The notes: generated from the letters alone by a model not told the origin. 57,444 bases of DNA from Myxococcales bacterium (GCA_050942745.1 JBMNNX010000006.1:1-57444), one strand, 5' to 3'. Positions 9,395 through 20,881 are shown, counted from the stretch's first letter. Numbers and translations are program-made.

Positions 9395-10434
9395 ATGGGC
9401 CCGGCCCTATCTAGACCGCATACGAATCGAGCGCTTCGGCTGCATCAAGGACGCGAGCTTTTCGCTTACGCCCCTGCATGCGCTGGTGGGCCCCAATGAC
9501 TCAGGGAAGAGCACTGTCCTGCGAGCGATCCGCTGGGCGGCAGCCCACGCGCCTGGCCCCGCGGAGCAAGTGAAGCTCGCGGAGCAATACGCGCCGCTGA
9601 CGCGGGAGGGCACCCGCGTTTCCTTGGCTTCCGGAGATAGCGAGTGGTCTCTCGTCCGCGATGGCGGCGTGCGGGAGGTCTTAAAGGACGGCAGTAACCG
9701 CCTCGAAGAATCCGTCGGCGCCGGGCGCTCGCGCCTGCTCTCCCGTTCCCCTCGCCTTCAGAGCATCGTGACCGGCAATGCGCTTCTACGCCTGGACCCT
9801 GATGCGCTTCGCGCCAGCAGCCACGCTGATCCCTCCCGGACGACACGTCGGCCTGGCGGATGACCGAGGACATGGTCTGCCAGGCCTCCTCGACGCGATC
9901 CGCGATCGTGGCGATGGGCGCTTCGAACAGATCCGCGACGAGCTTCGCTCCTTGTTCCCGTCGGTCCACCTGCTTCAGCTCCAGCCAGTTTCCGAGACCG
10001 AGAAGGTCGTTCAAGTCGAGCTCCGCGACGGGATCCGCGTACCCGCCGAATTCATGAGCGAGGGTCTGCTCTTCTTTCTCGGCTTCTCGGCGGTCGCGAA
10101 GGCCGACGGCGTGTCGCTGCTGCTCATCGAGGAGCCGGAAAACGGGTTGCACCCCGGGCGAATTGCCGAGGTGATGAAGGTCCTGCGCAAGGTTTCGGAG
10201 TCCACCCAGGTCCTTCTCACGACGCACAGCCCGCTCGTCGTCAACGAGCTGTCCGGCGATGAGGTCTCGGTGCTGACGCGACGAGAGCCCGAGGGCACCA
10301 AGGCCGTCCTGCTGCGGGATACGGCGAACTACGCCGAACGCTCGAAGGTCTACCAGAATGGCGAGCTGTGGCGCTCCTACTGCGACGGCAACTTCGAGGA
10401 GCCGCTTCTCGGCACCGAGGTCGAAGCGCGATGA
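9395..10434 (+). CDS. ABC-type (AAA_21/AAA_15-like) ATPase; frameshifts right after the start (extra G) and at ~9815
   Basis: IERFGCIKD, Walker A GPNDSGKS, signature-like MSEG, Walker B LLLIEEPENGLHP, H-loop TTHSP, split between ORFs 9267..9863 and 9778..10434. GGGGAG RBS before ATG 9395. Confidence 0.85.
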
Positions 10435-11048
10435 AGCGCCTTCTTCTCGGCGGCGAAGGCCGCAACGAGCTCGGCGGCTGGTGCGACCCACCGAGCTACC
10501 GCCATGCCCCGCCAGAGCGCGGAGTGCTTGAGACTCTGCTCCGGAAGGCCGCTCCGGACGGCTGGGAAATCGCCGACGCGGTGCGTTGGAAAGACATCCG
10601 GAAATACAGGCCGGGAGGGCACCGGCAGGCGGAGCATCGAAACGTGCTCGGGCTTGCCTTGATGGCAAGGGAGCACGGCCTCGACGCCGTGGTCTTCTGC
10701 CGGGACAAGGACGCGGAAACGCCCGAAGCCGAGGAACGCGAGCGTTCTGTCTCGAAGGCCATCGAGGAAGCCAAGCGCGACTTCAAGCTCATCGTGGTCG
10801 GTGGGGTGGCCATCCAGCGGCTCGAGTCTTGGGTTCTCGCCTGCTTCGGCACGCGAGGAAGCGAGCGAATGCTCCGCGCGGAGGTCGACCGCCGCCTCTC
10901 CGAGGCCGGCGTCGACGCGAAGAGAACCGAGTCCATGGTGCGCCTCATCGAGAGCGCTGACAGTGCTGACCTCGATCGCCTTCCCGACGATGCGCATTCA
11001 CTCCGCACTTGGTTGGACGAGGCGCGCGGACTGGCGGCTACCGACTAG
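10431..11048 (+). CDS. TOPRIM-like (DUF4276/RloB-like) putative nuclease partner of the ATPase
   Basis: ATGA overlap with the ATPase stop; N-terminal strand + GEG glutamate, VVFCRDKD (DxD) and LESWVL motifs; 205 aa. Confidence 0.65.
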   Translation: MKRLLLGGEGRNELGGWCDPPSYRHAPPERGVLETLLRKAAPDGWEIADAVRWKDIRKYRPGGHRQAEHRNVLGLALMAREHGLDAVVFCRDKDAETPEAEERERSVSKAIEEAKRDFKLIVVGGVAIQRLESWVLACFGTRGSERMLRAEVDRRLSEAGVDAKRTESMVRLIESADSADLDRLPDDAHSLRTWLDEARGLAATD

Positions 11049-12680
11049 CGAAGCTCGGACGACGCCTCCTCGCCCGCCCAAGGCGGTCCGGCCAAAGCCT
11101 CGATCGCAGCGTCGATGAGCAGCAGCCCGTAGCGCTCGCGGTTCTCGAAAGTGCGTTCGATCAAGCGATCGAGCTCGAGCAAGCGCCCCTCGAGAGACTC
11201 ACCGGTCGCCCCGCTCTGCTCGCGCGTGTAGGCCAGGTGCATCGTGCCGAGCCACTTCCCGCTGCGCGGCATCCTCACCGGCAGCTCGGCGCGCAGCGAA
11301 TAGGCCGCCGACGGCGGCTCGCCGACCAGCGGCCCGAAGCGGTTCTCGCGAAAGACCTGGGCGAAGCTGTCGCACGCGCTCATGCAACGGGGCCCGACGA
11401 GCAGCGCGACAGGCAGAGCCGTCACCGGATGTCCTGGCACGCAGCGCTGATCGGGCGTGCAACCCTCCGGGCGGCCGAAGAAGGGCTGGCGCCTCCAGAA
11501 GCGTTGGCCGGGCGCGCGCGATTCGTGCGCCTTTCGATAGAGGTCGAAATCTCTGCCGCTGAGCCCGACGGGCCTCGCGCGGCGGAACTGCTCGAAGTCC
11601 TCGTAGAGCACGTAGTCGATGAAGTGGTTCGCGTACGGCCGCGGCGCCCACCAGTCGAGAAACCAGGCCGAGTCGTTGCCGCCCGTGTTGTCGCGCAGGT
11701 CGAGGATCACGGCCTTGGCCGACGTCAGCGGCGCCGAGCGCGCGCTCGAGCCAACGCCGCTCGGTCCGCAGGAGGTGTCCGGCCGGATTGGGCCCGGTCG
11801 TGTAGTTGAAGGAGAAGTGCCGCACGACGGGATACGCGTCGTAGGGCGGCTGCGTGGAGGCGTAGAGGCACCAGTGGATGCCGCTGTCGCGCAGGGTGTA
11901 GGGGCCGTAGTCGGGGTCGGGCAGGTTCGAACAGGCGGACGACTGGTAGTCGATGGGGCCGTTGGGGCTCGAGGCCGCGGGCCTGGGCTGCGGCCTTCTC
12001 CAGACAAGGGACTTGGAGACGGCTCGCCCTCCGGCACGCGAAGAGAAGCGCACGCGGACCTGCTCACCCTCGCGGACTCCGCCCAGGGCGCTGAAGCGGG
12101 CGGGGAGGTAGCGGGCGACGTCGCTCGCGACGCCGCGCGGGTTGTTGGCATTGGAGACGAGCTCGAATCTCGCCACGAGCTCCGATGCGGGGACGCCGTC
12201 GAGCTCAGCGATGAGGTCGCCCGGCGATACCACGGCAGCCAACTCGGGATCGGCGACCGAAGCGACATAGAAGACGGGCTTGCCTTCGACCCACTCGACG
12301 TCGGCCTCGAAGCCGAGGGTGAGCCACTGGCCGGGCTCGCTCGCGTGGAAGTAGCAGTGCCGGTCGTGGAGGCTGTTCTGGAGGTGCCAGACCGCGGCGC
12401 AGAGCAGCTCGGGCGTCGATGCCGCGGCGAATTCCCTCTCGAGCGCGGGCAAGTACTCGCTCCAGGCGCGGCCGAGGTTCTTCTCGGTCTGTTCGGAGAA
12501 CGCATGTCGCGCGCGGATGGCCGCCACGAGCTGGCGGAAAAGCTCGAGCCGCTCTTCGCGACCGGCGAGGCGGTCTTCCCGCGCCGCTTCGTCTTGGGCG
12601 ACCTGCGGAGAGCGCGTTGGCGCGAGGGGACTGGCCGTGAGTCCGAGCGAGAGCAGTGCCGTGGCGAGAGCGGACAGCAT
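11045..12680 (-). CDS. Secreted S41-family peptidase with PDZ-like domain; 1-nt frameshift at ~11720
   Basis: Signal peptide MLSALATALLSLG; LQNSLHDRH; PGDLIAELDG (PDZ-like); then in a shifted frame AVILDLRDNTGG and ALLVGPRCMSACDSF...LVGEP. Confidence 0.8.
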
Positions 12681-12769
12681 GGGCGCGAGATGCTCCTGGC
12701 GATGGGCCGACGGGTTGTCGGCCCGAGCATGGTACCGCCCACGGTGGTCCGCGAAGCTCCCGGGCTCCT

Positions 12770-12961
12770 GAGTTCGTTCCGCCTTTTCCAAGCAACTTGG
12801 GCGATCTCCGCTCATCCCGAGCGTAGAGGCGACCAGCGGGAGCCTCGGAGTCGAGGGACTCGCGGATTCGACTCCCAAACCTGATTTGGACGAGAACCTC
12901 CCACAACTCGCCCGTGAATCCGGCCACTCGCGGATTCGGGTATTTCGCGCGGAACGAACTC
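12770..12961. mobile_element. MITE-like 192-bp element with 13-bp perfect terminal inverted repeats, containing one REP-like copy
   Basis: GAGTTCGTTCCGC at 12770-12782 and GCGGAACGAACTC at 12949-12961; internal REP-like copy at 12808-12858 (minus); no clear target-site duplication. Confidence 0.5.
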
Positions 12962-13298
12962 TGGGGCTCGATAGGTCGAGGTTCGGCGCCCTGGCCACTT
13001 CCCGCATCGCTCAGCCCGCTCGCGGCAAATGAAGCGCTGCGCTCTGCGCCGGCGGTAAACCGAATCGCGCCGGCAGTCCCGCCGGGGGCAGGAAGCATCC
13101 GAACGCGACCGCAGCCTCGGAGCCTAGGTGTCGCCCACCTTCATCCTCTTCCCCGGGGCGTGCTGCTCCATCGAACCGCCCGGGCTTCGCGCCCTCGCCG
13201 CCCGGGCCTCCGCGCCTTGCCGGCTTCCAGGCTGCCGAGTCGGGTCGTAGAACCGCGAAGGCGCGGCGCCCTCGAGGACGCCGCGCCGTGCATCGCGC

Positions 13299-15665
13299 CT
13301 ACTGCTGGGCCATCATCCGGTCGAGCTCCGCTTTATGGTCGACGATGACGTCGCCCGAGACGTCGAGGACGACCCGCTTGATGGTCCCGGTAAAGGTGAA
13401 GGGCGCCTGGAACTGCTCCGGATCGACCGAGTCGACCGCGGCGTAGCCACAGCTCAACCCGATGATGCCGAAGGCGTTGGGAACCGTGTACGGCAGCTCG
13501 ATGCTGGCGCCGAGGTCGCCGTTCACGTAGAGCTGGCTGCGGCCCGGCGCGCCCCGACCCTTCGAGAGGTCCGCTTCGCCGGTCGGCTCGAACTCGTAAC
13601 GCAGCGTCACCTCGCCGACCGGCACGGGCGCCATCGACGAGACCCGGAACCTCTCGATGTTCTGGTAGTTGTGCACGTGGTGCAGGTGGCCATCCTTCAT
13701 GTAGAGGGCGTAGCCGCAGTGCCGGTTGCCTTGCGTCAGCAGCACGCCCTCGGCGCCTTCGTTCGGGATGACCACCTCCGCGGTGATGCTGTGCGGCCGG
13801 TTGAAGATGCGCGGTACCGCCGCGAACGCCACCATCGCGCCGCCCGGGTAGTAGACGAAGCGGTTGCGCGGTCGGGCGATCGTCGGCCGCGGCGTGTTGA
13901 GCCGCTGCATGTCGGCCGAGGCGAGCGGCAGGACGTCGTAGCGTCCGGCCTCGTAGTACCAGCGCTGGATCATCTCCTGAAGCTTCTCCGGGAACTTCTC
14001 GGCCAGGTCCTCGCACTCCGAGGGGTCACTGGCCATCCGGTAAAGCTCCCAGCCGTGGGCGTCGAGGTCGGCGAGGAGCTCGGCGGTCAGCGGCGTCGAG
14101 AGGCTCCGGCCGCGCTCGGCGGCCTCGGTCAGGCTCGCCCCGGGCCACGGGCAGACCGCCCGCCAACCGTCGTGGTAGATGGCCCGGTGCCCGAACATCT
14201 CGAAGTACTGGGTGACGTGTCGGCTCGGCGCGGCGGCGTCGTCGAAGGTGTGCGCGAAGCTGACGCCCTCGATCGGCGACTGGGTCACTCCGCGGATCGT
14301 CGCAGGCGGCTCGAGCTGCAGCGCCTCGAGGATCGTCGGGACGATGTCGATGGCGTGGGCGAACTGGCTGCGAACCTCGCCCCTCGACCGGATGCCCTTC
14401 GGCCAGGAGACGATGCAGAGGTCGGAGACCCCGCCGCGGAACGTCTCGCGCTTCCAGCGCCGGAACGGCGTGTCGCCCGCCCAGGTCCAGCCCCACGAGT
14501 AGTGGTTGAAGGTGTTGGGGCTGCCCCAGTCGTCGTAGTGGCGCAGGTTCTCCTCGAGCGTCTCGGGCGTGTTGTTGAAGAAGAGCGTCTCGTTGAAGGT
14601 GCCGTGGATGCCGCCCTCGGCGCTCGCGCCGTTGTCGGAGATGCAGATGAACAGCGTGTTGTCGAGCTCGCCCAGGCTCTCGATGAACTGCAAGATGCGC
14701 CCGAAGTGATGGTCGGTCTGGCTGAGGAAGCCCGCGTAGACCTCCATCTGCCGCGCGTACATGCGCTTTGCGTCGTCAGAGAGGCTGTCCCAGGCCGGGA
14801 CGTCCGGATCCCGCGGTGAAAGCTGGGTTTCGGGCGAGACGATCCCCATCTCCTTCTGCCGCTGGAACACCATCTCCCGGTACTTGTCCCAGCCCATGTC
14901 GAAGCGACCGCGGTACTTCTCGATCCACTCCTTCTCGACCTGGTGCGGGGCGTGCCCGGCGCCCGTCGCGTAGTAAAGGAAGAACGGCTTCTCCGGCGCG
15001 TTGACCCTCGCGTCCTTGATGAACTGGATGGCGCGGTCGGCCAGGTCGGCGTTGAGGTGGTAGCCCTCCTCCGGCGTCTTGGGCTGGCGGACCGGGTGAT
15101 TGTCGGAGGTGAGGTCCGGGTGGAACTGGTCGGTGTCTCCGCCCAGGAACCCGTAGTAGCGCTCGAAGCCGCGCCCCAGCGGCCAGCGGTGGAACGGGCC
15201 GGCCGTGGTCGTCTCCTCCGGAGGCGTCAGGTGCCACTTGCCCACGGCGAAGGTGTTGTAGCCGCGCTCGAGCAGCATCTCGCAGATGAAGCCGTGCTCG
15301 AAGCCCATGTAGCCGTTGTGGCCGGGGAAGCCGAGCGAGGTCTCGGTGATGGCCGAGAGCCCGAGGGTGTGATGGTTGCGCCCGGTCAGGGTACAGCCGC
15401 GGGATGGCGAGCAGAGCGCGGTGGTCTGGAAGTTGTTGTAGCGCAGGCCTTGGCTCGCAAGCCGGTCGAGGTTCGGGGTCTCGACGAGGCCGCCGAACGG
15501 CGAGAGCTGGCCGAAGCCGACGTCGTCGAGGACGAAGATCACCACGTTGGGCGCGCCCTCTCGCGCGCGGGTCGGTTCAGGCCACGCGGGGGAGCTCTCA
15601 TCCAGCGTGCGGCCAATGACGCCAGGGAACCGCTGGCCGTGTTTGTAGAGCTTGAGGTCGGTCAT
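13299..15665 (-). CDS. Arylsulfatase (Cys-type formylglycine sulfatase), 788 aa, no signal peptide
   Basis: PNVVIFVLDDVG, LCSPSRGCTLTGR (CxPxR), GKWHL, SDNG; C-terminal beta-rich extension; GGGAGG RBS. Confidence 0.93.
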   Translation of the reverse strand: MTDLKLYKHGQRFPGVIGRTLDESSPAWPEPTRAREGAPNVVIFVLDDVGFGQLSPFGGLVETPNLDRLASQGLRYNNFQTTALCSPSRGCTLTGRNHHTLGLSAITETSLGFPGHNGYMGFEHGFICEMLLERGYNTFAVGKWHLTPPEETTTAGPFHRWPLGRGFERYYGFLGGDTDQFHPDLTSDNHPVRQPKTPEEGYHLNADLADRAIQFIKDARVNAPEKPFFLYYATGAGHAPHQVEKEWIEKYRGRFDMGWDKYREMVFQRQKEMGIVSPETQLSPRDPDVPAWDSLSDDAKRMYARQMEVYAGFLSQTDHHFGRILQFIESLGELDNTLFICISDNGASAEGGIHGTFNETLFFNNTPETLEENLRHYDDWGSPNTFNHYSWGWTWAGDTPFRRWKRETFRGGVSDLCIVSWPKGIRSRGEVRSQFAHAIDIVPTILEALQLEPPATIRGVTQSPIEGVSFAHTFDDAAAPSRHVTQYFEMFGHRAIYHDGWRAVCPWPGASLTEAAERGRSLSTPLTAELLADLDAHGWELYRMASDPSECEDLAEKFPEKLQEMIQRWYYEAGRYDVLPLASADMQRLNTPRPTIARPRNRFVYYPGGAMVAFAAVPRIFNRPHSITAEVVIPNEGAEGVLLTQGNRHCGYALYMKDGHLHHVHNYQNIERFRVSSMAPVPVGEVTLRYEFEPTGEADLSKGRGAPGRSQLYVNGDLGASIELPYTVPNAFGIIGLSCGYAAVDSVDPEQFQAPFTFTGTIKRVVLDVSGDVIVDHKAELDRMMAQQ

Positions 15666-16144
15666 CCGTCCTCCCGAGGTTTGGAGTCGACTGCGGGGCC
15701 GGGCCAACTTGGCGAGGGCTCCCGGAGCGGGAATCGCCCTGGAGGGCGTCGAACGGACACCTTGCGCTTCCCAAGCCTCGAGCGAGCTCTTGAGGCATCA
15801 GGAGGGAAGCAGGACGCGTCGAGGAGCGGTGACGCTCGACCAGTTCGTGCCGGGAAGGGCGTCGGCGGCACCGGCTCGCTTTGGCTGAAGTGAGAGGCAG
15901 CAGGTCGCAACACGGATGTGCCTGGACAAGCGCGCCAAGGCAGCGCCGTGGTCGATGTCGCGCGTCGAGAAAAGACGAAGCTCGACCGCGGGGCCCCGGA
16001 ATCGATCGCCACTTTCCCGCGCACCGCGAGGCGGGAACCAGCGAATCCTCTCATTCGGGCTTCGTACTAGTTGAACCGCGCACCGAACCGGGCTAGGACC
16101 GTGGGCGTCCTTTGTCGGACTTCACCGTACGAGGAGATCATCCC

Positions 16145-17077
16145 ATGGCTAAGAAAGTGCTGTTGGCAACGGAGAAGCCCTTCTCCGCGAGCGCGCGCGA
16201 TCAGGTTGTCGGCATCATCAAGGACGCGGGCTACGAGGCCGTTGTCCTCGAGTCCTACAAGTCGAAGGCGGATCTGCTCGCGGCGGTCGCCGACGTGGAC
16301 GCCATGATCGTCCGCAGCGACATCGTCGATGCCGAGGTGCTCGGCGCCGGCAAGAACCTCAAGCTCGTCGTGCGCGCGGGCGCTGGCTACGACAACATCG
16401 ACATCGCCAACGCCAAGGAGCGCGGCATCGCGGTGATGAATACGCCGGGCCAGAACTCCAACGCGGTCGCCGAGCTCGTCTTCGGCATGATGCTCTACAT
16501 GGCCCGCGGCAAGTTCGACGGCAAGACCGGCAGCGAGCTGCGCGGCAAGAGCCTGGGCCTGCAGGCCTTCGGCAACGTCGGCCGCGCGGTCGCCCCCATC
16601 GCCAAGGGCTTCGGGATGACCCTGCGGGCCTTCGACCCGTACGTGGACGCAGAGAAGATTCGCGAGGGCGGCGCCGAGCCGGTGAGCTCGCTCGAAGAGC
16701 TGTACCGCTCCAGCGACTACCTCTCGCTGCACATCCCGAAGACCAAGGAGACGACCGGCTCCATCGGCAAGGCGCTGCTGTCGCTGCTGCCCAAGGGCGC
16801 GACCCTCATCAACACCGCCCGCGCCGAGGTCATCAACGAGCCCGAGCTGCTCGCGATCCTGGAAGAGCGGCCCGACCTCAAGTACGCCACCGACGTGGCG
16901 CCGACCGCCGAGACGCACGCCAAGCTCACCGAGAAGTTCGCGGCCCGCTACTTCTGCTCGCCCAAGAAGATGGGCGCCCAGACCAGCGAGGCGAACGTCA
17001 ACGCGGGCCTGGCCGCCGCGCGCCAGATCGTCGGCTTCTTCGAGCGCAACGAGCGCAACTTCATCGTCAATCCGTAG
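16145..17077 (+). CDS. serA: D-3-phosphoglycerate dehydrogenase, short type III with Lys at the catalytic His position
   Basis: RAGAGYDNID, NTPGQNSNAVAE, GLQAFGNVG, LHIP, INTARAEV, PKKMGAQTSEAN; no ACT domain; GAGGAG RBS. Confidence 0.8.
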   Translation: MAKKVLLATEKPFSASARDQVVGIIKDAGYEAVVLESYKSKADLLAAVADVDAMIVRSDIVDAEVLGAGKNLKLVVRAGAGYDNIDIANAKERGIAVMNTPGQNSNAVAELVFGMMLYMARGKFDGKTGSELRGKSLGLQAFGNVGRAVAPIAKGFGMTLRAFDPYVDAEKIREGGAEPVSSLEELYRSSDYLSLHIPKTKETTGSIGKALLSLLPKGATLINTARAEVINEPELLAILEERPDLKYATDVAPTAETHAKLTEKFAARYFCSPKKMGAQTSEANVNAGLAAARQIVGFFERNERNFIVNP

Positions 17078-17097
17078 TCGCGTCTGATTCGAAGCTC

Positions 17098-17137
17098 GAA
17101 ACGCCCGGGCGCTTTGCGCGCTCGGGCGTTTCTCTTT
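17098..17137 (+). terminator. Intrinsic terminator after serA
   Basis: GAAACGCCCGGGCGC-loop-GCGCTCGGGCGTTTC followed by TCTTT. Confidence 0.65.
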
Positions 17138-17427
17138 GTCGGCGAACGGCATGGAGCGGAGGGCTCGGGGCTCCGCTTTGGCTGGTCCGAGCGGGCATCG
17201 CCCGGCACGTGCCCTTCGCCGACGCGCGCGATGACCGGGAAACCTGGCTCATCCGCACCGACCTCTGTGGTCCAGGACCGCGCCACGCCTCGAGCGGTCT
17301 GCGAGCGATCCGACACCAACGCCCCGCGGCGCCATCGCACGCATCGACACCGCTCGCTCGGGGCCACAGGCTGACGACCTCCTTTCCGCCGGGACACTTT
17401 CCAGTCGCCTCGGCGCGGAGGTGCCCG

Positions 17428-18720
17428 ATGAGCAAAGCGGTCCCGGCAGCCTTCCACGTCATGGCCAAGGCCACGGGCGCACGGTGCAACCTGGCCTGCG
17501 ACTACTGCTTCTTCTTGAAGAAGGAGCGGCTCTATCCGGGCAGCACCTTCCGCATGTCCGACGAGGTCATGCAGAGCTACGTGCGCCAGGTGATCGAGGC
17601 GCACCGCGCCCCCGAGGTCACCATCGCGTGGCAGGGCGGCGAGCCGACGCTGATGGGGATCGACTTCTTTCGGCGCGCGGTCGCGGAGGCGCGGCGGTGG
17701 CTGCCGCCTGGCCGCAGGCTCCTCAACACCCTGCAGACCAACGGCGTGCTCATCGACGAGCAGTGGTGCGACTTCCTGCGCGAGAACCGATTCCTCGTCG
17801 GCCTCAGCCTCGACGGACCGCGCGCCCTGCACGACGCCCATCGCCACGACAAGGCCGGGCATTCGGTCTTCAATAAGGTCGTCCGCGCCGCGCGCCTGAT
17901 GCAGCGGCACGGCGTCGACTTCAACGTCCTCTGCACCGTCAACGCGGCCAACAGCCGCCGGCCGCTCGAGGTCTACCGCTTCTTCCGCGACGAGCTCGGC
18001 GCGCGCTACCTGCAGCTCATCCCCATCGTCGAGCGGGAGAACGATTCCGGGCATCAGGAGGGCAGCCGCGTCACGTCGCGCACGGTTGCCCCGGACCAGT
18101 ACGGACGCTTCCTCATCGACATCTTCGACGAGTGGATCCGGCGCGACGTGGGCGAGATGTTCGTCCAGATCTTCGACGGCGTGCTCGTGTCCTGGCTGCG
18201 CGGCGTGTCGAGCCTCTGCATCTTCCGGCCGACCTGCGGCGAGGGGGTCGCGCTCGAGCACAACGGCGACCTCTACTCCTGCGACCACTTCGTCGAGCCG
18301 GACCACCTGCTCGGCAACATCCTCGAGACTCCGCTCGCGCAGCTCGTCGGCGGCGAGAAGCAGCGGCGCTTCGGCGAGACAAAGTCGAACCTGCCGCAGA
18401 AGTGCCGGAGCTGCCGGTTCCTCTTCGCCTGTCACGGCGAGTGCCCGAAGAACCGCATCGCCACCGCGCCCGACGGCGAGCCGGGGCTGAACTGGCTGTG
18501 CTCGGGGCTCGAGGCGTTCTTCGCCCACACGGAGCGCCCGATGAGGCTGATGGCCGAGCTGCTGCGCCGCGGAGGCTCGGCGCCGCAGGTGATGGAGTTG
18601 CTGAGGCGCGACACGCATCCGCGCACCGCGCACGTCGGTGAACGGGTCGGACCAAACCAGCCGTGTCCCTGTGGCAGCGGTGCGAAGTTCAAGCGCTGCC
18701 ACGGACGGCCGGTGTCTTGA
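17428..18720 (+). CDS. Anaerobic sulfatase-maturating enzyme (radical SAM/SPASM) with C-terminal SEC-C motif
   Basis: CNLACDYC, WQGGEPTL, QTNG, SLDG, YSCDHFV, CRSC...CHGECPKNR, and CPCGSGAKFKRCHG; GGAGG RBS. Confidence 0.93.
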   Translation: MSKAVPAAFHVMAKATGARCNLACDYCFFLKKERLYPGSTFRMSDEVMQSYVRQVIEAHRAPEVTIAWQGGEPTLMGIDFFRRAVAEARRWLPPGRRLLNTLQTNGVLIDEQWCDFLRENRFLVGLSLDGPRALHDAHRHDKAGHSVFNKVVRAARLMQRHGVDFNVLCTVNAANSRRPLEVYRFFRDELGARYLQLIPIVERENDSGHQEGSRVTSRTVAPDQYGRFLIDIFDEWIRRDVGEMFVQIFDGVLVSWLRGVSSLCIFRPTCGEGVALEHNGDLYSCDHFVEPDHLLGNILETPLAQLVGGEKQRRFGETKSNLPQKCRSCRFLFACHGECPKNRIATAPDGEPGLNWLCSGLEAFFAHTERPMRLMAELLRRGGSAPQVMELLRRDTHPRTAHVGERVGPNQPCPCGSGAKFKRCHGRPVS

Positions 18721-18728
18721 AGGTCAAG

Positions 18729-19010
18729 CGTTGGTAGGGGCGCATGGCAATGCGCCCGGCCCCGCAGGGCACGGAGGTCGTGAGGACGCGCAACGCGCAG
18801 GCCATCTAGACGGTAGCCCTCCCGTTGGTAGGGGCGCATGGCAATGCGCCCGGCCCCACAGGGCACGGAGGTCGTGAGGACGCGCAACGCGCACGCATCC
18901 AAGACGGCGGCCCTCCCGTTGGTAGGGGCGCATGGCAATGCGCCCGGCACCGCAAGGCACGGAGGTCGTGAGGACGCGCAACGCGCAAGCATCCGAGACG
19001 GCGGCCCTCC
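18729..19010 (+). repeat. Tandem array of three 94-bp units, each with a GTAG-tagged REP palindrome
   Basis: Units start at 18729, 18823 and 18917. Each has GTAG-GGGCGCAT-GGCA-ATGCGCCC, and the rest of the unit is near-identical between copies. Confidence 0.9.
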
Positions 19011-19066
19011 CTCCTGACGGACCGTTCCCGCCGGTGGCCGACGCCGAGGGACCGCTCGAGCCCGAC

Positions 19067-19126
19067 GAGCCCTTCGACTCCGCTCCCGCCGCTTGCGCGT
19101 CGGAAGCTACGCTCAGGGCGAACGGG
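19067..19126 (+). repeat. REP-like element of the CCCTTCGAC...GCTCAGGGCGAACGG family
   Basis: GAGCCCTTCGACTCCGCTCCCGCCGCTTGCGCGTCGGAAGCTACGCTCAGGGCGAACGGG, lying between convergent genes. Confidence 0.8.
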
Positions 19127-19163
19127 GCGAAGACCTCGGGGCCGGCCTCGCAGGCCCGGCCTT

Positions 19164-20642
<1,479 letters not shown>

Positions 20643-20881
20643 GGCGCCCTCCCTTCGGTTCGAGTTCGGCGAGTGAGGTGGCTCGCCGAGGATCGAGCGC
20701 CAAGCCTCATCGGGGCCGGGCGCGCTCCGTGGAATCCGGGCGGCGTTATCCCAGCGAGGGCTCTCCGCAGGCTGCCGACGCGTGGCCAGCCTCCAGCAAC
20801 CCAACGGCGGCTCGGCGGAGTCGAGACGGCTTCCCTCACCTGGCCGGCGTTGTTCCTCTCGAAGGCGGGTCGAGGAACCTC

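Noticed and set aside
402-12680. Programmed ribosomal frameshifting as the cause of the split genes
   Set aside because: No canonical slippery heptamers with downstream structure; shifts occur in both directions in unrelated families, which fits indel errors better.
12855-12880. GGATTCGACTCCC resembling a tRNA/tmRNA T-arm (possible att site)
   Set aside because: No acceptor stem or cloverleaf, and it does not match the tRNA-Gln 3' end.
18729-19010. Possible CRISPR array
   Set aside because: The sequences between palindromes are near-identical rather than unique spacers, the period is 94 bp, and no cas genes are present.
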